Below, in pieces: positions 1 through 9,000 of a stretch of 43,034 bases of DNA. The DNA is from Eubacteriales bacterium (GTDB taxonomy: Bacteria > Bacillota > Clostridia > Oscillospirales > CAG-272): contig JAZLCX010000033.1 in NCBI GenBank assembly GCA_045614425.1, forward strand, positions 1-43,034. Direction: 5' to 3'. How positions within the stretch are numbered: position 1 is the stretch's first letter; every line of letters begins with the position of its first letter. The notes below the pieces were generated by a model. It was not told where the DNA came from and ran no database searches. It saw only the letters and a list, made by a program, of their open reading frames with translations. A program made the position numbers and the translations under genes.

Positions 1-15
1 AAAAGATGCCATATT

Positions 16-441
16 TTATTGGGGCTCAATATGTTGTTCTAACTTTGAAATTTTATCAATTCGAGATAATTTTATATGTTTGATGATAGAAACGATCTCA
101 AGCACAACAAGCGCCAAACCATACAAAAACAGAAGGCATAATGCATTGCCCACAACGCCACGTAGCAAAAGCCACGTCATAGGAATAATGCCAACTATCG
201 CCACCACCACTATGCTATTGAAAACGGGGTGGATCTTCTTGAATACCTTTATCACGGAAAGAACAGCATCAACGAAATAGAAAAACAAGCTGCAGATTGC
301 TGGCAAAGAGCCGAGCAGCCACAACGCAAGGCCTAAGCCTCGGTCTGCTTGTCCTAAGAAAATAGGTGTCCAAAGACTAAACGTAAGAATGGTCATAAGC
401 ATAGCAATCATACCGGGTATTTTAACGTAGACCTTCTTCAT
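16..441 (-). CDS. Hypothetical integral membrane protein (~4 TM helices)
   Basis: 141-aa ORF with four hydrophobic stretches, GGGGAAG RBS before ATG, and a TTGAAA-17-TATAAT promoter on the minus strand (~472-500). Confidence 0.75.
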   Translation of the reverse strand: MKKVYVKIPGMIAMLMTILTFSLWTPIFLGQADRGLGLALWLLGSLPAICSLFFYFVDAVLSVIKVFKKIHPVFNSIVVVAIVGIIPMTWLLLRGVVGNALCLLFLYGLALVVLEIVSIIKHIKLSRIDKISKLEQHIEPQ

Positions 442-687
442 AACTTCCCCGCCTTTCGTGTTCTTGGGTTAATTATACCACAAAACCTCTTACTTTTCAA
501 CCTTTATAATAAAACTGCTTTTCGCCCAAGCGAAAAGCTACCTTACCTCTTCACTATTCACTATTACTTATTACTTCCAAAAAAATCCGTGCGCGCGTAA
601 TTAGTGAAAAGTGAAGATGTGAACAGCATTTACAAGTAAATGCGGAAAAAGTAAAAAAATCCGCACACTCGCGTGTACGGAATTTTT

Positions 688-1039
688 TGGAGGCGCCACC
701 CAGGTATTCGCCCATGGCGAAGATACCCACACTCTGCGTCTGGAGAGCAAGCCCCCCGAACTTCGAGTGGGGTATGTGAACTGGTGCGCTTGCACGCACC
801 GAATTAAAATCGGATGACGGTCCAAAGAAAAAAGCATCCCGAAAGGAGTGCTTGCCACCCAGGTATTCGCCTATGGCGAAGATATCCTCGCTCTGCGCCT
901 TGAAAGCAAGCTTTCAGAACTTCGAGCGGGATATGTGAACTGGTTCTCTTGCGCTTTGCGCGGCGAGAACCTAGTTCAAAGCGCGAGTAACGCATCCAAA
1001 GGAAAGAAAAAAGCACCCCGAATGGAGTGCTTTTTTCTT
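688..1039 (-). repeat. Two tandem tRNA-linked repeat units, each ending in a copy of the tRNA-Cys 3' end and followed by a terminator-like hairpin
   Basis: TGGAGGCGCCACCCAG at 688-703 is identical to tRNA positions 1040-1055; partial copy GCCACCCAG at 854-862. Units ~695-785 and ~854-944 are clearly homologous. Confidence 0.85.
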
Positions 1040-1114
1040 TGGAGGCGCCACCCAGATTTGAACTGGGGGATAAGGGTTTTGCAGACCCGTGCCTTACCAC
1101 TTGGCTATGGCGCC
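1040..1114 (-). tRNA. tRNA-Cys (GCA)
   Basis: Reverse complement GGCGCCATAGCCAAGTGGTAAGGCACGGGTCTGCAAAACCCTTATCCCCCAGTTCAAATCTGGGTGGCGCCTCCA: cloverleaf, anticodon GCA, TTCAAAT T-loop, encoded CCA. Confidence 0.97.
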
Positions 1115-1133
1115 GTCTTATGAATGCTATAAT

Positions 1134-1162
1134 ATTATAGCAGAGAGGTAATGATTTGTCAA
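1134..1162 (-). promoter_or_regulatory. Sigma-A promoter of tRNA-Cys
   Basis: TTGACA (1157-1162) - 17 nt - TATAAT (1134-1139) on the minus strand, with TG extension. Confidence 0.85.
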
Positions 1163-1269
1163 GGGGGTTTTTACATTTCCTGAAAAAGTTTTATTTTTGG
1201 GGTTTACTTACTTCATTATACGCATAATATTAAGTAAATGCTAATTTTGAAAATTAAAGGGATGTATTT

Positions 1270-1443
1270 ATGGAAAGCGTTGAATATATTGTTGTCAAGA
1301 TAGAGGGAGAATATGCCTATCTTTTGAGAACGGATGCAGTGGAGGGAAAAGAGATTTTTATCTCTCTTGACCTTTTGCCCGCGAGCGTACGCGTTGGTGA
1401 CAAGGTTCGGTACAAGGACCTAAAGTTTCTCTCGTGCATATAA
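1270..1443 (+). CDS. Small 57-aa protein, DUF3006-like (below ORF-track cutoff)
   Basis: MESVEYIVVKIEGEYAYLLRTDAVEGKEIFISLDLLPASVRVGDKVRYKDLKFLSCI; AAAGGGA RBS upstream, terminator immediately downstream. IEGEYA...LP...GD pattern resembles DUF3006. Confidence 0.75.
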   Translation: MESVEYIVVKIEGEYAYLLRTDAVEGKEIFISLDLLPASVRVGDKVRYKDLKFLSCI

Positions 1444-1485
1444 AAAGAGAGGTCGGCTCGTAACAGAACCGACCTCTTTATTTTT
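1444..1485. terminator. Bidirectional intrinsic terminator
   Basis: AGAGGTCGG...CCGACCTCT stem flanked by A and T runs between convergent genes. Confidence 0.75.
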
Positions 1486-1495
1486 CCATATTGGG

Positions 1496-2236
1496 TTATA
1501 CGTGCACCGGAACTTTTTCGGTGGATTCTTCTTTGCCGTCTATTTCCATCTGTCCGAGCTGGTTGCAACGGTCGCAAAGCTGCTTTGCGATTTCCTCGCG
1601 GGAGACTCCGTCAACGAAAATTTCCGAGAGCATTACAGGGCGGTCGATAATATATCTCTTCTCGTTCTTTCTGTAATACGCAACGGTAATCGGCATATCC
1701 TTTCCTTTTTTGAGGAGAATGCTGCCGAGGACGGTGAAGCCCTGGTGGAATCCCTCAAGCACGTCGAGGTAGCCCTTATCCGATATTTCGGGGAATATAA
1801 CAACACTTTTTCCGCTGTCGAGAGCCTCTATACTCTCGGAAACTGTCTTCTTAAATCTTATGTCGTGGAATGTCGGAATAAGATTTATTCCCTTGTAGAA
1901 CATATATGTAAGAGGAGATGCAATTAAGCAGAAAAGGCGCGCAAGGTGAAGATTCCAGTGCTTTTTCTCATGATAGTAAATCCGCGTCTGATACTTGTAA
2001 AGAGTTATAAGACCGGCGTTCATTTCGTATGCGCCCCAGAATCTGAAGGGCAGATTTCCGTAAAGCTCCCAAGCGAGCGGAGCCGACGTTCCGACGTGGT
2101 TTGAAAGAACGATTGTGGGCTCGCTTATTTTTTCGCCGAGATATACGAACTCGGTGGGCTTGATGAACCACCGCATTATTTTTTTGATAACTCTGAACCA
2201 AGGTTTTCTTATATCCTTGTATCCGTTTTTTGCCAT
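1496..2236 (-). CDS. Phospholipid/glycerol acyltransferase (PlsC-like superfamily)
   Basis: IVLSNH block I and VVIFPE block III motifs; ATG at 2236 preceded by GGAGGT. Confidence 0.75.
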   Translation of the reverse strand: MAKNGYKDIRKPWFRVIKKIMRWFIKPTEFVYLGEKISEPTIVLSNHVGTSAPLAWELYGNLPFRFWGAYEMNAGLITLYKYQTRIYYHEKKHWNLHLARLFCLIASPLTYMFYKGINLIPTFHDIRFKKTVSESIEALDSGKSVVIFPEISDKGYLDVLEGFHQGFTVLGSILLKKGKDMPITVAYYRKNEKRYIIDRPVMLSEIFVDGVSREEIAKQLCDRCNQLGQMEIDGKEESTEKVPVHV

Positions 2237-2342
2237 AGCAACCTCCAAGTTAATCTAATACGTGTAATAATATACATCATTAAAATAAACTCAAAGTAAA
2301 CTATTAAGGCAAAAAATATTTTTTATACGGTTTTTTTACAAG

Positions 2343-3602
2343 TCAGCGCTGACGGGCGCTCTTTCTTCCCTCGGGGATGATGTCACCTGCTTTTGTGAGG
2401 GCGATTTTGGTGAGCGTAGGACCTACAATCTCGTAAATAAGAACCGCAAAGAGAGTAATGCTTGCCACGATATGTCCCGTAGGACCGAGCTCTTCCGCCT
2501 TAAGTGCCATACCGAGAGCTACGCCCGCCTGCGGAAGCAGCGTAATGCCAAGGTATTTAACAATGTTGCTGCTGCATTTCACCGACTTTGCGCTGATGTA
2601 TGCACCGCTGCATTTTCCGATTGAGCGCGAAACAATATACACGATACCGATGATAACTACCGCAAAGCTCTTGAATACCGAGAGGTCAAGCTCTGCGCCG
2701 CTTATTACGAAGAAGAGGACGAAAAGCGGAGCGGTCCACCTGTCAACTCGGTCCATAAGCTCTTCGGAGAAGTCGCATATATTGCAGAAAACCGCACCGA
2801 GCATCATACAAACGAGAAGTGAAGAGAAGGCTACGTGAATGCCGCCGATTTCAAATTTGAGCATCGAGAGTGCAACGGTCATGAGAACAAAGGTGACCGA
2901 CATTGCAAGTCTCTTTGAACGGGAATGGAAGAACTGCTCACAGAAGGTGAAGAGAAGTCCCATAACAAGACCGAGAAGAAGCGAGAGCACAACCTCAAGG
3001 ATAGGCTCGACAATAACCGAAAGAAGATTGACTGAGCCGATTGAAAGCGCTCTTGCAACGCCGAAGGAAACGGCAAATACCACAAGACCGACGGCGTCGT
3101 CAAGTGCAACGACGGGAAGGAGAATGTTGGTAAGCTCTCCCTTTGCCTTGTATTGCCTTACGACCATCAGTGTTGCGGCGGGGGCGGTTGCGGTTGCTAT
3201 TGCACCGAGCAGTATTGCAGCCTCAAGTGAGAGATAGTTCGGAATTATAAAGTGAAGAGCAATAAGGAAGGCATCTACGACGACGGTCGTTACAATCGCT
3301 TGGAAGATTCCTATCACAGTCGCCTGCTTTCCTATTTTTTTAAGCTGAGGAAGTCGGAATTCGTTTCCGATTGAGAAGGCTATAAAGCCGAGGGCGACGT
3401 CGGCGAGAAGCGAGTAGCTCTCAACGTCGGCAAGGCTTATAAATCCAAGTCCGCGGACACCGAACGCGCCGAGAACATAAGGGCCGATAAGTATTCCTGC
3501 AACGAGATAAGCTGTTACCGCGGGAAGATTAAAAATCTTCGCCAGTCGTGAAAGCATGAGACCTGCTAGAATAGAGGTCGAGATCGCTAAAAGTGCGTAC
3601 AT
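2343..3602 (-). CDS. Cation:proton antiporter (Na+/H+ exchanger family)
   Basis: ~12 TM helices with ATATAPAAT, VALDDA and LLPQAGVALG motifs; start set at MYALL (GAGGA RBS). Confidence 0.9.
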   Translation of the reverse strand: MYALLAISTSILAGLMLSRLAKIFNLPAVTAYLVAGILIGPYVLGAFGVRGLGFISLADVESYSLLADVALGFIAFSIGNEFRLPQLKKIGKQATVIGIFQAIVTTVVVDAFLIALHFIIPNYLSLEAAILLGAIATATAPAATLMVVRQYKAKGELTNILLPVVALDDAVGLVVFAVSFGVARALSIGSVNLLSVIVEPILEVVLSLLLGLVMGLLFTFCEQFFHSRSKRLAMSVTFVLMTVALSMLKFEIGGIHVAFSSLLVCMMLGAVFCNICDFSEELMDRVDRWTAPLFVLFFVISGAELDLSVFKSFAVVIIGIVYIVSRSIGKCSGAYISAKSVKCSSNIVKYLGITLLPQAGVALGMALKAEELGPTGHIVASITLFAVLIYEIVGPTLTKIALTKAGDIIPEGRKSARQR

Positions 3603-3732
3603 GATAAAATCCTCACGTCTTTTTGAAATAACGAATGCCCTGGAAAAATCCAAGGCATTTTTGTCTTGCGGCTACAATTATACTACTTTGCATATTGTTT
3701 GTCAACGGTTTTGAATAAAATAACGAATATAT

Positions 3733-4443
3733 TTACGCGCGCCTAAGTGCTATATCCTTTATGACCTCGCCCGCCATTATAAGACCGACTGCCGACGGAA
3801 CAAATGCAAGGCTTCCGGGAGCGTGTCTTTTCGTGGTTTCGTCATTTGCCACGGCAGGTATCGGCTCTTCCTTCGAGAAAACGACCTTGAGCGATTTTAT
3901 TCCTCGGCGTCTAAGCTCGCTCCGCATAATTCGTGCAAGCGGACAAACCGAGGTTTTGTAGATGTCCGCGACCTCAAATGCCGTGGGGTCGAGCTTGTTT
4001 CCGGCACCCATCGCGGATATTATTTTGACACCCCCCGCCTTTGCCCGACATATAAGCTCAAGCTTTGATGAAACGGTATCGATTGCATCAATTATATAAT
4101 CGTACTCTGAAAGCGGGAACCCATCAGCGGATTCAGCCGAATAAAATTCCTTGTATACCCGTACCTCACACGCGGGATTTATGTCTGAAATCCTCTCACG
4201 CATAACGTCGACCTTGTATTTTCCGACGGTGCTGAGGAGCGCAACAGCCTGACGGTTTATATTTGATTTTGACACGGTATCGGGGTCGATAAGGTCGATT
4301 TTTCCGACACCGGTGCGTGCCAGAGCTTCGGCAGCGTGACCGCCGACACCTCCGATTCCGAAGACAGCCACTCGGGCCATAGCCAATTTTTCTAACCCGT
4401 CAGCGCCTAAAAGCAGCTCGCTTCTTGAAAAAACATCGTTCAT
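3733..4443 (-). CDS. tcdA: tRNA threonylcarbamoyladenosine dehydratase (ThiF/E1-like)
   Basis: VFGIGGVG, SNINRQ, IIDAID, SAMGAGNKLDP, CPLAR and GSLAFVP motifs. Confidence 0.9.
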   Translation of the reverse strand: MNDVFSRSELLLGADGLEKLAMARVAVFGIGGVGGHAAEALARTGVGKIDLIDPDTVSKSNINRQAVALLSTVGKYKVDVMRERISDINPACEVRVYKEFYSAESADGFPLSEYDYIIDAIDTVSSKLELICRAKAGGVKIISAMGAGNKLDPTAFEVADIYKTSVCPLARIMRSELRRRGIKSLKVVFSKEEPIPAVANDETTKRHAPGSLAFVPSAVGLIMAGEVIKDIALRRA

Positions 4444-4462
4444 TTTTCCGTAGTCCTGTCTG

Positions 4463-5518
4463 TTAAAATTCGCCTCGGGCAATTGCCTTTACGAGATTGA
4501 AGTCTTTGTCGACTATTATGAAATCCGCATCGTAGCCGACCTCTATTTTGCCCTTATTCAGTCCCATAAGACGTGCGGGATTTTCGCTTGCCATTTTAAC
4601 TGCGTCATGCTCGGGGATTCCGAATTTTACGGCATTCTTCACACAGTCGAAGAGGGTAGAGACCGAGCCTGCAAGATTTTTGGTGTCGGTCATCGCGACC
4701 GAGTTTTCGACCGTCACCCGCTGTCCGCCAAAGCTGTACTCACCGTCGCCAAGTCCCGTGGCACGCATCGAGTCGCTTATGAGTATAACACGCTCTGTGC
4801 CGAAGAGCTTGACTAAAAGTCGAACTGCCGATGGGTGCACGTGAATTCCGTCGCATATAAGCTCGGCAAAAGCCTTCTCCGTATCTGCTCCGGCAGCTAT
4901 AAGGCCGGGCTCTCTGTGATGTATTCCCTTCATAGCGTTAAAGGTGTGCGTTATGCTCGTTGCGCCGGCGGAAAATGCCGCGCATGCCGTTTCGTAGTCG
5001 GTATCCGTGTGACCGAGGGAAACCTGAATATCGCATCTCTTAATAAAATCAATTGCCGACGGTACTTCCGGTGCTACCGTTATGCGCTTGACGTTTTTCA
5101 TGGATTTCAAAAAATCAAGAGAGGGCGGTATTATGTATTTTTCATTCATAGCGCCCTTGTATTTTTTGCTTATAAACGGGCCCTCCAGGTGAAAGCCGGG
5201 AATAATCGCACCGTGTCCGAAATCAATATCGGCACTAGTCGCGCGTGACACGTCCCCCTCGCTCATTGACATAGTGGTGGGATACCAGGTTGTAGTTCCC
5301 TTGGAAAGAAGCCAATCGGACATCTCGGGAAGTCCGCTCTCCATAGTATCGTATCCTATGCATCCGTGGACGTGTATATCTATGAGACCGGGATATATTT
5401 TATTGCCTGAAAAATCGACACCGGGACGGTCTGTTTTTCCTATTTCGATAATTTTGCCGTTCTCGACGGATATATCGGTAACAACGCCCCAAAGGTTTAC
5501 GTTTTTAAGTGTTTTCAT
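4463..5518 (-). CDS. nagA: N-acetylglucosamine-6-phosphate deacetylase
   Basis: PGLIDIHVHG, HLEGPF, GHTD, THTFNAM, DGIHVHP, ISDSM and LAGS motifs. Confidence 0.95.
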   Translation of the reverse strand: MKTLKNVNLWGVVTDISVENGKIIEIGKTDRPGVDFSGNKIYPGLIDIHVHGCIGYDTMESGLPEMSDWLLSKGTTTWYPTTMSMSEGDVSRATSADIDFGHGAIIPGFHLEGPFISKKYKGAMNEKYIIPPSLDFLKSMKNVKRITVAPEVPSAIDFIKRCDIQVSLGHTDTDYETACAAFSAGATSITHTFNAMKGIHHREPGLIAAGADTEKAFAELICDGIHVHPSAVRLLVKLFGTERVILISDSMRATGLGDGEYSFGGQRVTVENSVAMTDTKNLAGSVSTLFDCVKNAVKFGIPEHDAVKMASENPARLMGLNKGKIEVGYDADFIIVDKDFNLVKAIARGEF

Positions 5519-5636
5519 AGTCAATAACCTCCACAGTTAAATAATAGCACAATTGAAGCGGAAAGTCAATAAAGCACTTGATTTATCGGGATATATAGTG
5601 TATAATTGACTTATAAATGACCTTAGGAGAAAAAGG

Positions 5637-7181
5637 ATGCTTTCGAGAATTTATTCATCGGGTATAGTTGGAGTAGAAGGCTTTGAGGTGGTCGTGGAAT
5701 GCAGCGCTTGGGACAGAATCCCGCGCTTTGACCTTGTCGGATTGCCCGACGCCTCCGTAAAGGAAGCCAAAAACCGAGTTCAGTCTGCCTGTGAGAACAC
5801 GGGATTAAAGTTTCCCGCACTTGATATAATGGTGAACCTTGCTCCCGCAGATATCAAGAAGGAGGGCTCGGCATTTGATCTTGCCATAATGGCGGCAATA
5901 CTTCAATGCGACGGAATAATACCGCACGCCTACGACTTTTCGGATAAATGCCTTATCGGTGAGCTGTCTCTTTCGGGTGAGGTGCGCGCTGTCGGAGGAG
6001 TTCTTCCCATGACGGTTTCTGCGCGGGATATGGGCAGAAAAGAAATATTCGTTCCCTATGAAAATGCTCCCGAGGCGGCAGTCGTTGACGGAATAACCGT
6101 TTACGGCGTCAAAAATTTAAGAGAGCTCGTTGATCACATAAAGGGGGTCAAGGAGATAACCCCCGAGATATATGACCGCACGGGCTTTAAGCGCGAGAGC
6201 TTTGTTGCCGGAATGGATTTTTCCGAGGTAAGAGGACAGTATAAGGCAAAGAGAGCGCTTGAGGTAGCCGCAGCCGGCGGACACAACGTGCTTATGATAG
6301 GCCCGCCCGGTGCAGGAAAATCAATGCTCGCGAAAAGACTTCCGTCAATACTGCCGGATATGTCCTTTGACGAGGCTGTTGAAACCACGAAGATACACTC
6401 TGTTGCCGGAACACTTAAAGGAAATCTCATAACCGAGCGTCCCTTCCGCTCGCCTCATCATACGGTCAGCCGAATAGGTATAGTGGGCGGCGGCACGTCG
6501 CCAAAGCCGGGCGAGATATCAATGGCGCATAACGGAGTTCTTTTCCTCGACGAGCTTCCCGAATTTCCGAAATCGGTCAGCGAATCGCTCCGTCAGCCGC
6601 TTGAGGACGGAGTTGTAACCGTTACCCGCGCGGTAGCGACCGTAAAATTCCCATCGTCGTTTATGCTCGTTTGCGCAATGAATCCCTGCAAGTGCGGTTA
6701 TTTCGGCGATCCCAATAAGCAGTGTACCTGTACCCCTACCGCAACCAAGAAATATCTTGAGCGCGTGAGCGGTCCGCTTCTTGACAGAATAGATATAGAA
6801 ATAGAGCTTCCCTCGGTTTCGTACGATGAAATATCCGGAAAAACCGAGCCCGGTGAATCCTCAGCAAAAATAAGAGAGCGCGTGAACCGCGCAAGAGCCT
6901 TTGCCGACAAGCGACTTGAAAGCGGCGGTGACAAGCGCGGCACACTTAACGCAAATATGACGGTTGACCTTCTCCATAAGTATTGCATACCGAACGAGGA
7001 GGCGTCCGAGCTTATGCGTCAGGCATTTGACAGTCTCGGACTTTCTGCCCGCGGACACGACAGAGTGCTTCGCGTTGCGAGGACCATTGCCGACCTCGAC
7101 GAGTCCCCTGAAATACGCGCCGAGCATATAGCGGAGGCCATAATGTACCGCTCGCTTGACAGAAAATATTGGAAGCGGTAA
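5637..7181 (+). CDS. comM: YifB/ComM family Mg-chelatase-like AAA+ ATPase
   Basis: VGLPD..VKEA, NLAPAD.KKEG, GPPGAGKS, RPFRSPHH, LFLDELPEF, AMNPCKCG, SGPLLDRID, LSARG. Confidence 0.93.
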   Translation: MLSRIYSSGIVGVEGFEVVVECSAWDRIPRFDLVGLPDASVKEAKNRVQSACENTGLKFPALDIMVNLAPADIKKEGSAFDLAIMAAILQCDGIIPHAYDFSDKCLIGELSLSGEVRAVGGVLPMTVSARDMGRKEIFVPYENAPEAAVVDGITVYGVKNLRELVDHIKGVKEITPEIYDRTGFKRESFVAGMDFSEVRGQYKAKRALEVAAAGGHNVLMIGPPGAGKSMLAKRLPSILPDMSFDEAVETTKIHSVAGTLKGNLITERPFRSPHHTVSRIGIVGGGTSPKPGEISMAHNGVLFLDELPEFPKSVSESLRQPLEDGVVTVTRAVATVKFPSSFMLVCAMNPCKCGYFGDPNKQCTCTPTATKKYLERVSGPLLDRIDIEIELPSVSYDEISGKTEPGESSAKIRERVNRARAFADKRLESGGDKRGTLNANMTVDLLHKYCIPNEEASELMRQAFDSLGLSARGHDRVLRVARTIADLDESPEIRAEHIAEAIMYRSLDRKYWKR

Positions 7182-7189
7182 AAAAACAC

Positions 7190-7218
7190 TTGACAAAATA
7201 AAAATATAGTAGTATAAT
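7190..7218 (+). promoter_or_regulatory. Sigma-A promoter of the T-box/trpB transcript
   Basis: TTGACA 7190-7195, 17 nt, TATAAT 7213-7218. Confidence 0.85.
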
Positions 7219-7227
7219 CCTTACATA

Positions 7228-7487
7228 ACCTTTGAGAAAGAGTAGTAGCTTGACTATGACGGTCACAAGAGAGCCGCTGACGGTGGGAATGCGGTGTCCG
7301 TGTGTTTTGTGAATGGACTTTCGAGGGCGGACCGAAGGCATTTTTGCTGTGTAGGCTTCGACGGAGGACGACCGTTACCGCGTCAGTGTATAATAGGTAC
7401 ATAAGGAAGCGTAAGCTTCGAAATCGGGTGGCACCGCGATAGTTATTATTCGCCCCGAACGCACGTATTTGCGTTCGGGGATTTTTT
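7228..7487 (+). promoter_or_regulatory. T-box riboswitch, Trp specifier, transcriptional
   Basis: Stem I with AGAGAG and GGTGGGAA motifs, specifier loop GAA-TGG (7314-7316), T-box GGGTGGCACCGCG (7426-7438), terminator CCCCGAACGCA/TGCGTTCGGGG + T run (7453-7487). Confidence 0.93.
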
Positions 7488-7622
7488 GTTTATTTAAGAC
7501 AAAAAGTTGCACGGGTGCTGCTTTGACGATAGAATGGAGAGAAAAAATGAAAAATCTGCGATGGCGACTTTGGTAAAATGTAAACAAAAAGTGTCAAAAT
7601 AAGATGAAATGAGGACTGAATA

Positions 7623-8855
7623 ATGAATAAGTATAAAGAATTTGAAAACTATATGAAGGAATTTCCCTCAAAGGACGGATACTTCGGTGAGTACGGCGGA
7701 GCATATCTTCCGCCCGAGCTTGTACCCGCCTTTCGTGAGGCTGACGACGCATACGAGGCTATATGCCACTCGGCACAGTTTATAAACGAGCTTCGCAGAA
7801 TACGTAAGGAGTTTCAGGGAAGACCTACTCCCGTATACCACTGCGAGCGTCTTTCAAAGCTTTTCGGCAACTGTCAGATATACCTTAAGCGCGAGGATTT
7901 GAATCATACCGGTGCTCACAAGCTTAATCATTGCATGGGTGAGGGACTTCTCGCAAAATATATGGGCAAAAAGAAGCTCATCGCCGAGACGGGAGCCGGA
8001 CAGCACGGTGTTGCGCTTGCTACCGCGGCGGCATACTTCGGACTTGAATGTGATATTTATATGGGCGAGGTCGATATTGCGAAGCAGCATCCCAACGTAA
8101 TAAGAATGAAGATGCTCGGCGCAAACGTAATTCCTGTTACGCATGGCCTCAAAACGCTGAAGGAGGCGGTTGACGCCGCTTTTGACGCATACCTTAAGGA
8201 ATACGATACAGCTATTTACTGTATCGGCTCGGCACTTGGCCCGCACCCCTTTCCTAAGATGGTAAGAGACTTTCAGGCGGTTATTGGATACGAGGCGCGC
8301 GATCAGTTCATGGAGATGACGGGAATGCATCCCGATGCGGTCTGTGCGTGTGTCGGCGGAGGCTCTAATTCCATCGGTATGTTCACTCCGTTTTTGCAGG
8401 ATCCCGTCGAGATATACGGCATAGAGCCGCTCGGACGCGGATGTGCGGTCGGTGACCACGCCGCAACCATGAAGTTCGGCACGAAGGGAAGACTTCACGG
8501 CTTTGACAGCTATCTTCTTCAGGACGAGAGCGGAGAACCGCTTCCCGTTTATTCGATTGCAAGCGGCCTTGATTATCCCGGCGTCGGCCCCGAGCATGCT
8601 TATCTTCGTGACAGGGGTAGAGTCAATTACGAGACTGTCGGTGACGAGGAGGCTATGGAGGCGTTCTTCTATCTTTCAAGATACGAGGGAATAATTCCCG
8701 CAATAGAAAGCTCTCATGCCGTCGCATTTGCTATGCGCTATGCAAAGGAAAACAAGTCGGGCTCAATTCTCGTTTCGCTCTCGGGCAGAGGTGACAAGGA
8801 TATCGACTACGTTTATGAAAAATACGGCTGCGGCGAGCAGTTCTTCAAGAAGTAA
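7623..8855 (+). CDS. trpB: Tryptophan synthase beta subunit (stand-alone)
   Basis: [20 protein letters not shown] (PLP Lys), [33 protein letters not shown]. Confidence 0.97.
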   Translation: MNKYKEFENYMKEFPSKDGYFGEYGGAYLPPELVPAFREADDAYEAICHSAQFINELRRIRKEFQGRPTPVYHCERLSKLFGNCQIYLKREDLNHTGAHKLNHCMGEGLLAKYMGKKKLIAETGAGQHGVALATAAAYFGLECDIYMGEVDIAKQHPNVIRMKMLGANVIPVTHGLKTLKEAVDAAFDAYLKEYDTAIYCIGSALGPHPFPKMVRDFQAVIGYEARDQFMEMTGMHPDAVCACVGGGSNSIGMFTPFLQDPVEIYGIEPLGRGCAVGDHAATMKFGTKGRLHGFDSYLLQDESGEPLPVYSIASGLDYPGVGPEHAYLRDRGRVNYETVGDEEAMEAFFYLSRYEGIIPAIESSHAVAFAMRYAKENKSGSILVSLSGRGDKDIDYVYEKYGCGEQFFKK

Positions 8856-8926
8856 ACATACGAAAATACCTCAAAGTGCGGTAGGCGTTACAGCAAAACC
8901 CGGCTCTGAGGTATTTTTTTCTTGAC

Positions 8927-8955
8927 TTGACATATACTCACCTGAGATATATAAT
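8927..8955 (+). promoter_or_regulatory. copA promoter with CsoR-like pseudo-palindrome in the spacer
   Basis: TTGACA 8927-8932, 17 nt, TATAAT 8950-8955; TATACTCA-CC-TGAGATATA imperfect inverted repeat in the spacer. Confidence 0.6.
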
Positions 8956-9000
8956 AAATGTACAAGGAAAGAATTTTGTCAGTAAAAAAGAGAAAATAAA

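Noticed and set aside
688-1055. attL/attR pair of an intact integrated element
   Set aside because: Only ~340 bp lie between the tRNA-end copies and no integrase is present in the window.
554-1123. ORFs over the tRNA and its repeats
   Set aside because: They overlap a clear tRNA and terminator hairpins, with no RBS or protein-like composition.
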